Shown in pieces: positions 34,850 to 46,837 of a DNA stretch of 48,350 nt; position 1 is the stretch's first letter; each line of letters starts with the position of its first letter. The notes under the pieces were generated by a model, which made no database searches, was not told the origin of the DNA, and worked only from the letters and a program-made list of their open reading frames with translations. This DNA comes from Chiloscyllium plagiosum. Lineage: Eukaryota. The position numbers were made by a program, and so were the translations under genes. The DNA is taken from the NCBI RefSeq assembly GCF_004010195.1, contig NC_057718.1:47057360-47105709 (forward strand). Direction: 5' to 3'.

Positions 34850-36705
34850 TTCAAAGATTGGTCAAATAGAATATAAATTGGACATCCTAGACAAAACATT
34901 CTTGAGGTATAGAATGGCTTTCAAATAGGATACGAAGTCAGAAGCTAAACAAGTAAATACATTTTTGTACAGAATTCTGAGTACAGTCAATAATGTCAAA
35001 GCTCATCAAGGTGTAAAAGAAGAAACAGAGACATTTACTTAGACAATTATTATAACCTCAGCATGAATAAAATTCTAGAATGAGCAAGATTTAAAAGATT
35101 TCAGCATTTAAGGGAATCCATGGATGATCACAGTAATGATCTTTAAGACTCGTGGAGAGATACAACTATGGTGACCTAAAGTCAGAATTTATAAGGGACC
35201 AAATTGTTATTGACATTAGTGGTAAGTCTTTGTCAAATTTATTATAGTCCAAAGATGACTTAAGTCTGAAGAAAGGATTCAGATGCTGAATGAAGCAGAA
35301 GTCGGGAAATAAAACAGATCAGATTAAATGCAATTGCTTAGGTACAGAACCACAAAGGATACATGTAATTTAGATTAGCTTCCCTATTGTGTGGAAACAG
35401 GCCCTTCGGCCCAACCAGTCCTCCGAAGAGTAACCCACCCAGACCCATTGCCCTCTGACTGATGCACCTAACTCTATGGGCAATTTAGCATCGCCAACTC
35501 ACCTGACCTACACATCTTTGGACTGTGGGAGGAAACTGGAGTATCCAGAGGAAACCAACGCCGACACGGGGAGAATGTGCAAACTCCACACTGACAGTTG
35601 CCCGAGGCTGGAATCGAACATGGGACCCTGGTGCTGTGAGGCAGCAGTGCTAATCACTGAGCCATCGTGCTGCCCCATAATAAGTCATTGCAGCAGGTAG
35701 GGCAGACATTAGACTTCAAATATCCCTACCAGTGCTGTGAAACAAACAAATGCTTTTATTGTATAATATTGGATCACTTGCAAGAAAATTTGCCGAAGTA
35801 GGACACAGTCACATAAAAACAGATCCAGACCTAACAGTTCCGACTTCAAGAGCCAGCAAGGTCTGTGAGGAAACACAAATAAAGAGGCAACCACTTGAGA
35901 CAACGGAAGTATCTTCAATTGAATTGAGTCAGATTGCAATAGAGTTTAGTGAACAACAAGTTATGACAGGTTTGATTCTGATGCAGAGGTGACTCACAAG
36001 AGATACATTATGGAATTTCTTCCCTCCTTGTCTTCTATGAGAGAATCACCAATAACAAGCTCATAGCAAGCGGGAATGAATGTTCAAACAACCTAACTGA
36101 GGAAGTAACACGTTGGATCCACCATATTTCAATCACTGAGGGCAACTGAAAATTTCCAAACTAATCAACACATTGAAGTAGCAGCTTTACCTATTCCAGT
36201 ACAGATACACAGATGGAATGAGAACAAAAATTAACTCAAGATGTGGTGCACACAACTCCATGTAAGGTACCACTAAAAAGACACGAGCAATGTCCAAAGG
36301 TTCAGTATACTGCAACGAAAGAAATTGCTTGCTCTACCTAACAGGAATAATTTAATTTGTGTCAGAAATCCAAAAGGTAAGAGTCTTCCCTCCAGAGAGA
36401 GCTATAGACATCTGACCATCAGGAAGCCAACCCAAAACACATTACTTCTATCATCAATCTTGTATTCTTTCAAGTCTGAAGGTAACACATTCAGGAAGAA
36501 CAGTAAAACTTCCATATCAGTAAACCAAAGACTTGAAAGAGATGGCATAGTAGTAAAGTAATTATGTAAACAAATGGAAAATAATACCAAAGTCATTTTA
36601 AAAACTTGGGGAATTGTGTTGAATATGGATCTGAAAGAGTCTGAAAGAGTGAGTGCCATAGGCACCACTTACTGGGACGATGCCATAAGGTCTGGAGGGG
36701 AGATT
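34850..36705 (+). mobile_element. Highly decayed Gypsy LTR-retrotransposon internal region (gag, zinc knuckle, pol end, PPT-like tract)
   Basis: KSEAKQVNTFLY, ILE*ARF, YGDLKSEFIRDQIVIDI, KDDLSLKK; KCFYC..GH..IC about 35750-35795; purine tract ggaggggagat about 36693-36703. Confidence 0.7.
35368..35676 (-). mobile_element. HE1-like SINE inserted in Gypsy gag
   Basis: ggagaatgtgcaaactccacac, gaggcagcagtgctaatcactgagcca, tail ttagattag. Confidence 0.9.
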
Positions 36706-38119
36706 AATGTGAAAGAATCAGACCTAAAACCAAGTCCTTCTTACAGTCTCTGCAATAACATATACTATGGGCTGAATATTACCAGAAATTGGCTGAGTCA
36801 ATTTTCTCAAGCTTCTAGGAGGGTTTCTCTCCATGTAGCCTGCCTTAATCACCCTTTCCTTAATTCAATGTAGTAATTTATATAATTTTTTTTTGAATAT
36901 CTGATTAGGTTTTCGAGACTCAAAAGAGAATGGAGGGAGTTCTACTTCAGAACTAATAGCTGGTAATCCACATGCCTGTGGACTAGACTGAACAATTGGA
37001 AGATGCTAATCACTAATGCAGAATTATTTTAATGAAAAATATGAGGAAATAAATTAACTAGTGTTAATTTGTTAACACTAGTGTTAATTAGTGTTAAAAT
37101 GATCAAAATAATAATTTAATAGAAATCTGTGAAAAAAAAGTTTAAAATTGCTTGGAAATTACTCCATGCTTTTTATACAGTAGGCAAACAAATCAGAACT
37201 GAGACAGGGCAGGGAGTGATCAGCAAAGTGGAGCCTGAAGAAGTAACTATGAGAAGGACCAGGGAACAAAAGGGAGGTTGACAGCTGAGCCAATGTAAGT
37301 GACACTGAAATCAAAACAGAGCAACAATAAGGAAAAAAGGGTCAACAGTTCAAGCATAAAGGTAAGCTGGATCATAAGTCTAGGACAAATCTTTTATGGT
37401 TCCTATGCGAATTCTGAATGGGAACTGGTGTGGTGGATAATTGGAGCAATCGTTCACATTCACGAAGTTACAACATGGAACTGGAGTTTCGTTTTTCCAT
37501 CTGATTCTGCTGTGAGAAACAACAAACAATGTATCAATTCGGAAAGCTAGAACATTGGGTTACAGATTCAAAAATATTATGCAGATAGATGTCTATGCTT
37601 GTTCATTATCAACTAATTCCTTGGCAGGTTTTATCACATTCATTGTATTAAACATATTTCCACACAGTTCCACATGACATCTGCCATGCATTTATCCACC
37701 GAACTGCATACTAAAATGGATGCTACTTTATAAAATATGTATAGCTTCTGTTGTATTTGTGTTTGCTCTGGAGCAGTTCTTGGGCTGCGTAACATCATTC
37801 TTTCAAAATACTCCTCTCAACCGATGCCAAACTACTCATATGACCGTGCACCACACTGCTGCTGACACAGTACAATCACCAAATATGCGAACTCAACACA
37901 AAACTGTAAAATAGACTTCTTGACACGATAGTGCTCAAGTGTATTCATTCAGAAGAAAACCCAGGAAAAGACAAATATCAAAATGAAAAACCTTGAACAA
38001 AAACAACCCATACAGATCCAATACCCAGAACACTCTGCACTTTAGATCTAAATGAAATTCCTTCAACTGGGGAGTTTGTTGGCACCTGAAATCACTTTAC
38101 AAAGCAAGAATAACATTTC

Positions 38120-38375
38120 TTCTTCTTTTTAAATTTTTTTTTTACACAGAGATCGGTTTGTGTCTGGAATGATTTTCCAGAGGAAGTGGTGGATGAAGTT
38201 ACAACAGTTAGAAGACATTTAGATAAGAAATAATAAGATATGAATAAAAAATGTTTGGAGGGATATGAGCCAAGCACAGACAGATAGGACCAGTTTAGTT
38301 TGGGATTATGGGAGGCATGGACTGGTTGGACCAAAGAGTCCAATAGAGTCTGACCTGTATGACTCTCTGACTATT
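38120..38375 (+). mobile_element. CR1 3' end
   Basis: ttttacacagag..tggaatga..ccagaggaagtggtgga; tail tgtatgactct. Confidence 0.8.
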
Positions 38376-38404
38376 AGAATAGGACCATACAAAAACGTTT
38401 GGGC

Positions 38405-38516
38405 TCTTGGGGCACAGTGGTAATGTCCCTACCTTGGGCTAGAAGACCTTGGATCAAGCCATACCTTCTCCATATGTGTGTTATAACATTTCTGAACAGG
38501 TTGATTAAAAAAAAAT
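38405..38516 (+). mobile_element. Short tRNA-derived SINE
   Basis: gggcacagtggtaatgtccctacc...gaacaggttgattaaaa. Confidence 0.55.
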
Positions 38517-38781
38517 CAACGAGAAACTCAATGAAAATGGAAAAACAAAATCCCAGCAATGATATCATGATATTTGAAGATCTCACAGCCATTGCTTGCT
38601 CATTATGTTATTAATGATTGTTATTCCTTAGAGGAAAGTATAATGGATTAAATCATTATGATGTAACTGTTCACAAGACTCTGACATCAGGAAAAAAGAA
38701 GACACCATTCTAGAATGAGTATGTCAAAGACCAGGTATAGACATTGATCTAGAGCGCTATATTTGCTAACCTACTACATAC

Positions 38782-38831
38782 AAATGTAAATAAGGGAGTG
38801 TTATGGTACATAGGGAGTTGAAGAACTTTAC
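38782..38831 (-). CDS. Possible internal coding exon (GKVLQLPMYHNTPLFTF)
   Basis: Strong acceptor ctgattgcttcttatttctag|G, donor TTT|gtatgt; 50 bp, phase 1 to 0, fits the phase-0 start of 28850-28932; a second frame is also open. Confidence 0.4.
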
Positions 38832-39324
38832 CTAGAAATAAGAAGCAATCAGCCTCAAGGACAGAGTACATGCCAGAGATACACCAGACCAGTATCTCAA
38901 TGTGTGGCTGGCAGTATTGGCTTAAACAACAAGATAAAGCACAAAGCACTTTTTGTTCAACTTATATATTATTTTATTACAGATAATAATATGCTTACTA
39001 GATTCTTTACTTCTTCAAAACATCATTTTTACTTCAATCTTTACATGCTCAGGAAAGACTAATATAATTTCATGTGACCTCAGGACAGCTGAAGGGCTAC
39101 TCCAGAAAATTGAAACACAAAATTCTGCTAGAATTGCATGTATATTTGGAGGAAAGAAATATACGGAACTTTGGGCAAAGAATGGGATGAAGTGGATAGC
39201 TCTACCGAAGAGCCAATACAGGTACAATGGATGCAATTGACTATCATTCTATATTACATAAGATTGAACAACAGTAATTCCCCAACTATGGTTTAATTCA
39301 CTGGGATTATTCAGCTCTGAGTGG

Positions 39325-39978
39325 CCTTCCAGCCATCATTTGGATGTAATGAAAACCAACATGTCATCTGTCCATTTAATGGATGTGGATGATTTGACAA
39401 ACTGTCTGAATCCTGGCTAAGATTTATTCTTTAACTACCATGATTAAAATAGTTTCATTGGTTATTAGTCCCATGAGGTGGTGAAGGAGTGCAAATGTCA
39501 CTGGTCTTGTAGTCAGGAGTTACAGACAAAGATTCTGGGTACGTAGGTTCATAATCCATCATAGCAACTGGTGGAACTTAATTTAATAAATAAAGCTGGA
39601 ATAATAATGAGAGATTACGAAACCATTGTAAAAATCAGTCTTGTTCATTAATGTCCTTTTGTGAGGAAATCTGCTGTTATTACCTGCTCTGATCTACATG
39701 TGACAGCATTGTGGGTGAATCTTAACTGCTTTTTAATATGATCAAGTAACCCACACAGATAAAGGGTAATTAAGGATGGCCAAGAAATGCTGGCCTTGTG
39801 CATGATGCCTGGCATCCCATCAAGAATTTACCTCACTGCTATTTATGATGTCTTGCTGAGTGCAAATGGGCTGCTACGTTTTTCCTACAATAATATACTT
39901 GAGAAGTAATTAATTGACGGATGGCCTTTGCTTCCAGTCATTGGTCAGAAAAAGCACTTGACAAATACAAGACTTTAT
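39325..39978 (+). mobile_element. Old DeuSINE-like element split by a younger SINE (about 39475-39828)
   Basis: tcctggctaagatttattc before, and cactgctatttatga..cttgctgagtgcaaatgggctgct..tttcctaca..aaatacaagacttt after the insert; the insert has the head and tail of the 19125/30310 SINE. Confidence 0.55.
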
Positions 39979-40627
39979 GTTTGTCTGGAATGAAAACTGT
40001 TCAGGAATTTTCACCATGGTTTTGGTTAATAGAACAGCCTGATAACTTTAAGGGACTCCTTCACAGCCCTGGTGAAATTGATCTCTTAAGTCTGTTTTTT
40101 TTTCACAAAACTTTCAACCAACACAGTCCCCTCCCATTAAATCTTCTTTAAGTATTGATCATTTTTGCCATGTCTTCTTAAAAGGGCTGAACTTAACTGT
40201 TACTGACTCCAATTTGTTGTGATCATGAAAGCAAATACTCCACTCTATCCTATGTGGTTTAAAACCATGAGTTATCTAATTCTTCAAATTAAATTTTACT
40301 ATCAGATGACAAGTTGCTATAATTGAGTAATCTTTAATTGGCTTTATAATAATCAGAGGTTTGGTTGAGATCCTTTCTTGAGAGTTACAATTTTTTCAGC
40401 TTTCCATCTGGCATATCAGCTGGGAATTTGAACAGCTGACATCTCATGCTGACTTTAAAGTCTTAGTCATGGAGGTGTAGAGAAGGGATTTAACTTCCTT
40501 GTGCATGAATCTTTGATGGTGTCACAGTACTTTTCATACTGACTTGGCTTATGATTATAATTTTCATATTGATTAATGCTGAACTTCTTGGTAATCCAAG
40601 ATGGAGGACGGAAAAAAAATGGCTGTA

Positions 40628-43600
40628 AGAGCTGCTCCCTTTTTGAGGGATTTTAGGTATTGGAGGTGATTTCCTCAAATTCCAGGAGCAGCAATTACTG
40701 TTTTATATGCTGTTACATCGTTTTAGAACTAAAAAGATCAAAACAACGGCACTTTTAATAGGAGGAAGACAGACACAAGGCAGTGACCACATGGTCAGTG
40801 AGGGAGAGAAAGAAGGAAACCTGCACTGCTAACTGACACAGCAGTGAATCTGCACAATTACTGCCTTTGCTGTTAGAGTTCATGTATCTCTGGACATTGG
40901 AATGTGTCTAGGAAACAATAACAAGCAACAAAATTCACAGCTGACCTTGCAGGAACCTGTGTGGGTGAGTTCACAGCACAGGAACAGATAAGTGCATAGT
41001 TGTTAAGTGTAACCTTGCTGTAGGTCTACAGTAGTGAGTAGAGTGGTTTTTTTTCTTGATTATATGTTTTATTGAGATCTGTCTCTTGATTAAATTTTTA
41101 AAATATAAACCATAACTATTAAATTAGCTTGGAGCACTTTTTTTTCGAGCAAAAGAACGGTGATATTTTCTGGGTCTGTAGATTGTGAAGGAGCAAAGAT
41201 GGCCTTTAGTAGAGTGATATGCTCTTCTTGTCAGATGTGGGAGTTCAGGAATAGTTTCCATGTTTCTGATGATTATGTCTGCAGAAAGTGTCTTTGGTTA
41301 CGAATCCTATCAGAATGCCTGGATTGGTTGGAGTGGCAGTTCGAAGCAATGAGGAATTTACAAAAGCTAGGGGGTGTGATGCATGGCAGTTATAGGAAGG
41401 GAGAAAAGCTGCAGATACAGTCAAGTAGATGGGTTAACTCCAGGAAAGGTAGAAGGGGTAGACAGGTAATGCAGGAGTATTCTGTGGCTATCCCCATTTC
41501 AAACAAGTATGCTGTTTTGGAAAATGCGGGGGGGATAATGGACTTTTAGGGGAATGTAGCATGAACAATGAAATTTCTGATATTGAGACTGGCTGTAATG
41601 TAATGAGGGGTAAGTCAGGTTCCAATTGATTGATTGTGATAGGGGATCTTTTAGTAATAGGCACAGACAGACGTTTCTGTAGCCAGCAGCGAAAAATCAG
41701 AATGGTGTGTTACCTCACTGATGTCAGGATCAAGAACATCTCAGAGAAGGTACAGAAGGTTCTCAAAGAGGAGAGGGGCCAGTAGGAGGTCATTGTACAC
41801 ATTAGAACTAACGACATAGGAAGGGAAAGGATGAGATTCTGAGGGGAGAATATGGAAAGTTAGGCAGGAATTTAAAAAGGAGGTCCTCAAGGGTAGTAAT
41901 GTCTGGATTACTCCTAATGCTACAAGTTAGTGAGGGTAGGATCAGGAGGATAGAGCAGATGAAGGTGTGGCTGAGGAGCTGGTGCAGGGGAGAAGGATTC
42001 ATATCTTTGGATCATTGGAATAAAAATGACCTGTACAAGAAGGACAGATTGTATCTGAATTGGAAGGGGACTAATATATTGGTAGGGAGATTTGCTAGAA
42101 CTGCTCAGTGGGATTTAAACAAGTAAGGTGGTGGAGGGGATCCCAGGGAGATATTGAGGAAAGATACTGGTACAGTTGAGAAAAGGAACGAGTCAAAGGG
42201 AAAGAGTCGTCAGGGCAGGTAGGAACAAAGCAGAGAGCAAGGTCGGACTGATAAATTAAACCGCATTTACTTCAATGCAAGAGGCCTAACAGGGAAGGCA
42301 GATGAACTCATGGCATGGTTAGGAACATGGTACTGTGATATAATAGCAATTACAGAAACGTGGCTCAGGGATGGACAGGACTGGCAGCTTAATGTTCCAC
42401 AATACAAATGCTACAGGAAGGACAGAAAGGGGGCAAGAGAGCAGGGGGAGTGGTGTTTTTGATAAGGGACAGCATTACTGCTGTACTTAAGGAGGATATT
42501 CCTGGGAATACATTCAGGGAAGTTATTTGAGTGGAACTGAGAAATAAGAAAGGGACGATCACCTTATTGGGATTAGGTATAGTCAGCATGGTTTTGTGCA
42601 TGGGAAATCATGCCTCACAAACTTGATTCAGTTTTTTGAAGAATTAGCAAAGAGGATTGATGAGGGCAGACTGGGAGATGTGATCTATGAGGATTTCAGG
42701 AAGGTGTTCAACAAGATTCTTCATGGTAGACTGGTTAGCAAGGTTAGATCTCATGGAATACAGGGTGAACTAACCATTAGAATACAGAACTGGCTCGCTG
42801 GTAGAAGACAGAGGGTGGTGGTGGAAGGTTGCTTTTCAGACTGGAGGCTTGCGACCAGTGGTGTGCCACAAGGATCAGTGCTGGGTCCACTACTTTTTGC
42901 CATTTATATAAGTGATTTGGATGTGAACATAGGAGACATAGTTACTAAGTTTGTACATGAAACCAAAATTGGAGGTGTAGTGGACAGCAATGTAGGTTAC
43001 AGATTACAACAGGATCTTGTTCAGATGGGCAAATGGGCTGAGGAGTGGGAGATGGAGGTTAATTTCTCTAAAAATGAGGTATTGCATTTTGGAAAATCAA
43101 ATCAGAGCAGGACTTATAAGCTTAATGGTAAGGTCCTGGGGAGTGTTGCTGAACAAAGAGACCTTGGAGTGCAGGTTCATAGTTCCTTGAAAGTAGAGTT
43201 TCAGGTGGATAGGATAGTGAAGAAGGTGTTTGGTATGTTTTCTTTATTGGTTAGAGCATTGAGTATAGCAGTTGGGATGTCATGTTGCAGCTGTACATGA
43301 CATTGGTTAGGCCACTTTTGGAATATTGCATGCAATTCTGGTCTCCTTCCTATCAAAAAGATGTGAAACTTAAATAGGTTCAGGAAGGATTTACAAGGGT
43401 GTTGCCAGAGTTGGAGGATTTGAGCTATAGGAAAAGGCTGAATAGGCTGGGGCTGTTTTACCTGGAGTGTTGGAGGCTGAGGGGTGACCTTACAGAGGTT
43501 TATAATATCATGAGGGGCATGAATAAGATAAATAGACAAGGTCTTTCCCTGGGGTAGGGGAGACCAGAACTAGAGGGCATAGGTTTAGGGTGAGAGGGGA

Positions 43601-43845
43601 AAGATATATAAGGGACCTAAGGGGCAACCTTTTCACACAGAGGGTAGTGTGTGTATGGAATGAGCTGCCAGAGGAAGTGGTGGAGGCTGGTACAATTACA
43701 GCATTAAAAAGTCATCTGGATGGGTATATGAATAGGAAGAGTTTAGAGGGGTATGGGCCAAGTGCTGGCAAATGGGGCTAGATTGGGTTAGGATATCTGG
43801 TCAGTATGAGTCTGTTTCTGTGCTGTACATCTCTATGACTCTATA
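40628..43845 (+). mobile_element. CR1 LINE retaining its 5' UTR and ORF1, with a large ORF2 deletion
   Basis: ORF1 from ATG 41199 (VICSSCQMWE..YVCRKC, decayed esterase to 42125); APE start YFNARGL..IAITETW; RT HGKSCLTNL..GVPQGSVLGPLLF; tail ctctatgactctat. Confidence 0.92.
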
Positions 43846-44689
43846 TGGCATTGGAAAAATCATACTTATGTCAGCAATATTGTGATCAAAATGGAAACTG
43901 TTCAATAGCCAAATTCCTTTGTCAAGGACTTGGACCTGCCACACAGTCTTATCAGTGTGGGACTAGCTTGGTATAACTCTAACATAATGCTTGTCCTATA
44001 CTAAACTAACAAAGTAATTGGCTAAAGAAACACAAACAAGATAAACACAATCATTTCTCACTTGTTCAGGTGGATAGATAACAGCTTTTTTAAATCCTTG
44101 AGATCTGGATTATTGGCAATAATATACAATGTGGCAACATTTGCAGTCAGCAGAATTGCATAAATTCGTGAATGGCAGAAATACAATTTAGCTATGGATC
44201 TACAAATTTCTCAGGCTTGCTCATAACGTTGACTGTCTAAATTTATTTAAAAAAAGGAACTGTTGAATTGACAGGCTGGATTTCCAGAACTCGTGACACA
44301 AATCATGACCTATGTGCCATTTTGATTTCAGCAGCAGCTGGTTTCGTAAATAAGGGTTTGAAAAAGAGATACAGAATTGAGTTTTATAGTTCTTTCTTTG
44401 CTTCAAATAGATTATTTGGTTTTATTCTTGCAGTAAAGTCAGATATCTAATTTTAAAATGTGTTAATTTGTTAAACATTACAGTTAGTCATTCAGAAAAT
44501 GTATTTATAAATGTTACTTGTGAATCTCCTGTGATGTTGCAAACAGCAAGGCTGAGAATGTGATCTCATTTTTGATCCACGTCTGTAGTTTCTCATTTTC
44601 TTCTCCTCTTTTCATAAAACTTTATTTTGCAACAACATTAATGCAGCTTCACAGAAATCTCAGCACAGACACAGAAAGAAAATTCTACT

Positions 44690-45090
44690 CCAGGAATAGT
44701 GAGGCTTCTGCCGGGACTTGAACGCTAAATCTATACAGGCACTTGGTTGCAGTAAGGAGGGAATGAAATACATTTGGAGGTGCTTACTTTCAGTCGAGAA
44801 ATTAAACAAAATTTCAGGAGGATGTTAAGAGTCCACACATCATTTGAAGGAGAACAAGGAAATTCACTCTGTGCTTCGGTCAACATTTATTTCTCAGCTC
44901 ATGTAACTAAACTAATTGGTCTGGCTCAAAAACAGTAATTGTTGGAGAAATTCAGCAGGTCTGCAAAGTGGAATTTTTTAGGTCCACTGACCCGCCTTCA
45001 CAATTATTTCATTGCTGTTTCTGGGATCCTGCTATGCTCTGTTTCCTATATTGGAAATAACTTTTAAGAAAAGGCGTCTGATGATTGGAG
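44690..45090 (+). mobile_element. DeuSINE-like element with a small Penelope fragment (about 44925-45000)
   Basis: ggatgttaagagtcc..tttgaagga..caacatttatttctca..actaaa..ttcattgctgtttctgggatcctgctatg resembles the Deu domain. Confidence 0.5.
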
Positions 45091-45199
45091 AATTGCAACT
45101 ATTATGCTCTTGTTTAAAAAACATTGGAAAGGTTGGCCCTGCAATTGCAGACCAGTCTACCTTTGGTGGTGGGAATACTTTCAGAAACACTTACATTAG

Positions 45200-46620
45200 A
45201 ATTAATAATCACACAGGAAAATGTGGATTGATTTGGAAGAATCAACATGATTCGTTAAGGGAAAATAATGTCTAACTAACTAGCTGGAATTTTCTGAAAA
45301 AGTAACTGAGAGGGAAAGGCTGGTGTGCATGGACATCCGAAGGTCATTCGATACAGTGCCAAACAACAGCCTGGTCAGGAAAGTTATTGGTAATGAAAAA
45401 ATAGGACAGTAGCAATGTGGATACAAAATTGGCTGAGGGATAAGAAATGGACAGCAATGGTAATTAGGAACTTTTCTGGCTGGAAGAAGGTTTGTCGTCA
45501 CACTCCCCAGGGATTGGTATTCTTGCTTTTCCTGATGTTTGTATAAATAATCTTGATTTTGGTGTACCAAGGACAGTTTCAAAATTTGCGGACAATACAA
45601 AGCTTGGGAGAATTGTAATCTGTCTGAAAGACAATGTAGAACTTTGAAAGGACATTGACACTTTGGGACAATAGGTTGCAGATAAAGTTCAATGCATTGA
45701 ATGTCAAGGTGATGAACTTTGATAGAGAGACAGTATAAACTAAAAGGTATTAGATAAAGTTTGTACAGGAACAGACAGACCTGGGTGCATATATATATAT
45801 GTACACAAGTCATTAAAAATGGCAAGACAGTTACAGTCAGTTGTCATTAGAGCATGCAGTATTCTAGGCTTCATATAGAGTCACAGAAATCAAGACCAGG
45901 ATGTTCATAGTAAATCTATACAAACATCAGTTATATCCGAACTGAAGTATTGTGTACAGTTCTGGATGCCACACTATCAACAGGATGTGAATGCTGTGGA
46001 GAGAGTGCAAAAGAGGCTGCCAATAATAGATCCGGGATTGAGACACTTTAGTTATGAGGGAGATTTGTTAGAAGTTTTCAAAATTATGAAGTGACTGCCA
46101 GAGAAATTAATAGAAGCCGGCACAATTTCAGCACTTAAAAGACATTTGGACAGGTGCATGAATAGAAAATGTTTAGGGGGATATGGGCCAAATGCAGACA
46201 AATGGGACAAGTTTGTTTTAGGAACCATGGTCGGCGTGGTTGGCCAAAGGGCCTGTTTCCATGCTGTATGACTGGATAGAGTGGATAGGAAGAAACTGTT
46301 TCCACTCATAAATGGATTGAGATCCACAACAGCATGGTTTAAAAATGTTTTGCAAGAGAGGAAAATACAAGTTGAGAATTTTTTTTTTCACTCAGTGTGT
46401 AGCGAGGTCATGAAATATACGCCTGCAAGTGTGGTGGAGGCAGGTTCAACTGAAACATTCAAATGGGCGTTAGATGATTACTTAAAGAGAAGCAATGTGC
46501 AGCGTTATGGGGAAAATACAGCAGAATGGCATTAGGTTAAAGTGCTCAGACAGCAAGTGTGAATGTGATGGGCCAAATGGCCTCCTTCTGCACTGTAACA
46601 ATTCTGTGCAAAGATTTCAC
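45200..46620 (+). mobile_element. Old CR1 RT and 3' region with a nested younger CR1 3' end (about 46092-46272)
   Basis: QHDSLR..CLTN.LEF, SKFADNTKLG, YCVQFW.PHY; two CR1 tails (46260-46272 and about 46585-46606). Confidence 0.8.
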
Positions 46621-46837
46621 CAGGATTCAAAATGTTCAAACAAGGGCAGCATTAGCCTAGAAAATAGCAGATCCCAGACATCTACTTTCACAAGAGAGCA
46701 ATGACACTGTCACTAACTCTGACAGAATTCCTCCGATTTAATGGAAATATGTGAGCCTTATTTTGCCTGATGGCTCATTCAGGTATTGTGATATGAGAAG
46801 ATGGCATCTTAACTCCAGAAAAATAGAGAAAATGTTC

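Noticed and set aside
44309..44336. Upstream exon candidate LLLKSKWHI
   Set aside because: Phase fits but the donor gtcatg is weak and the exon very short.
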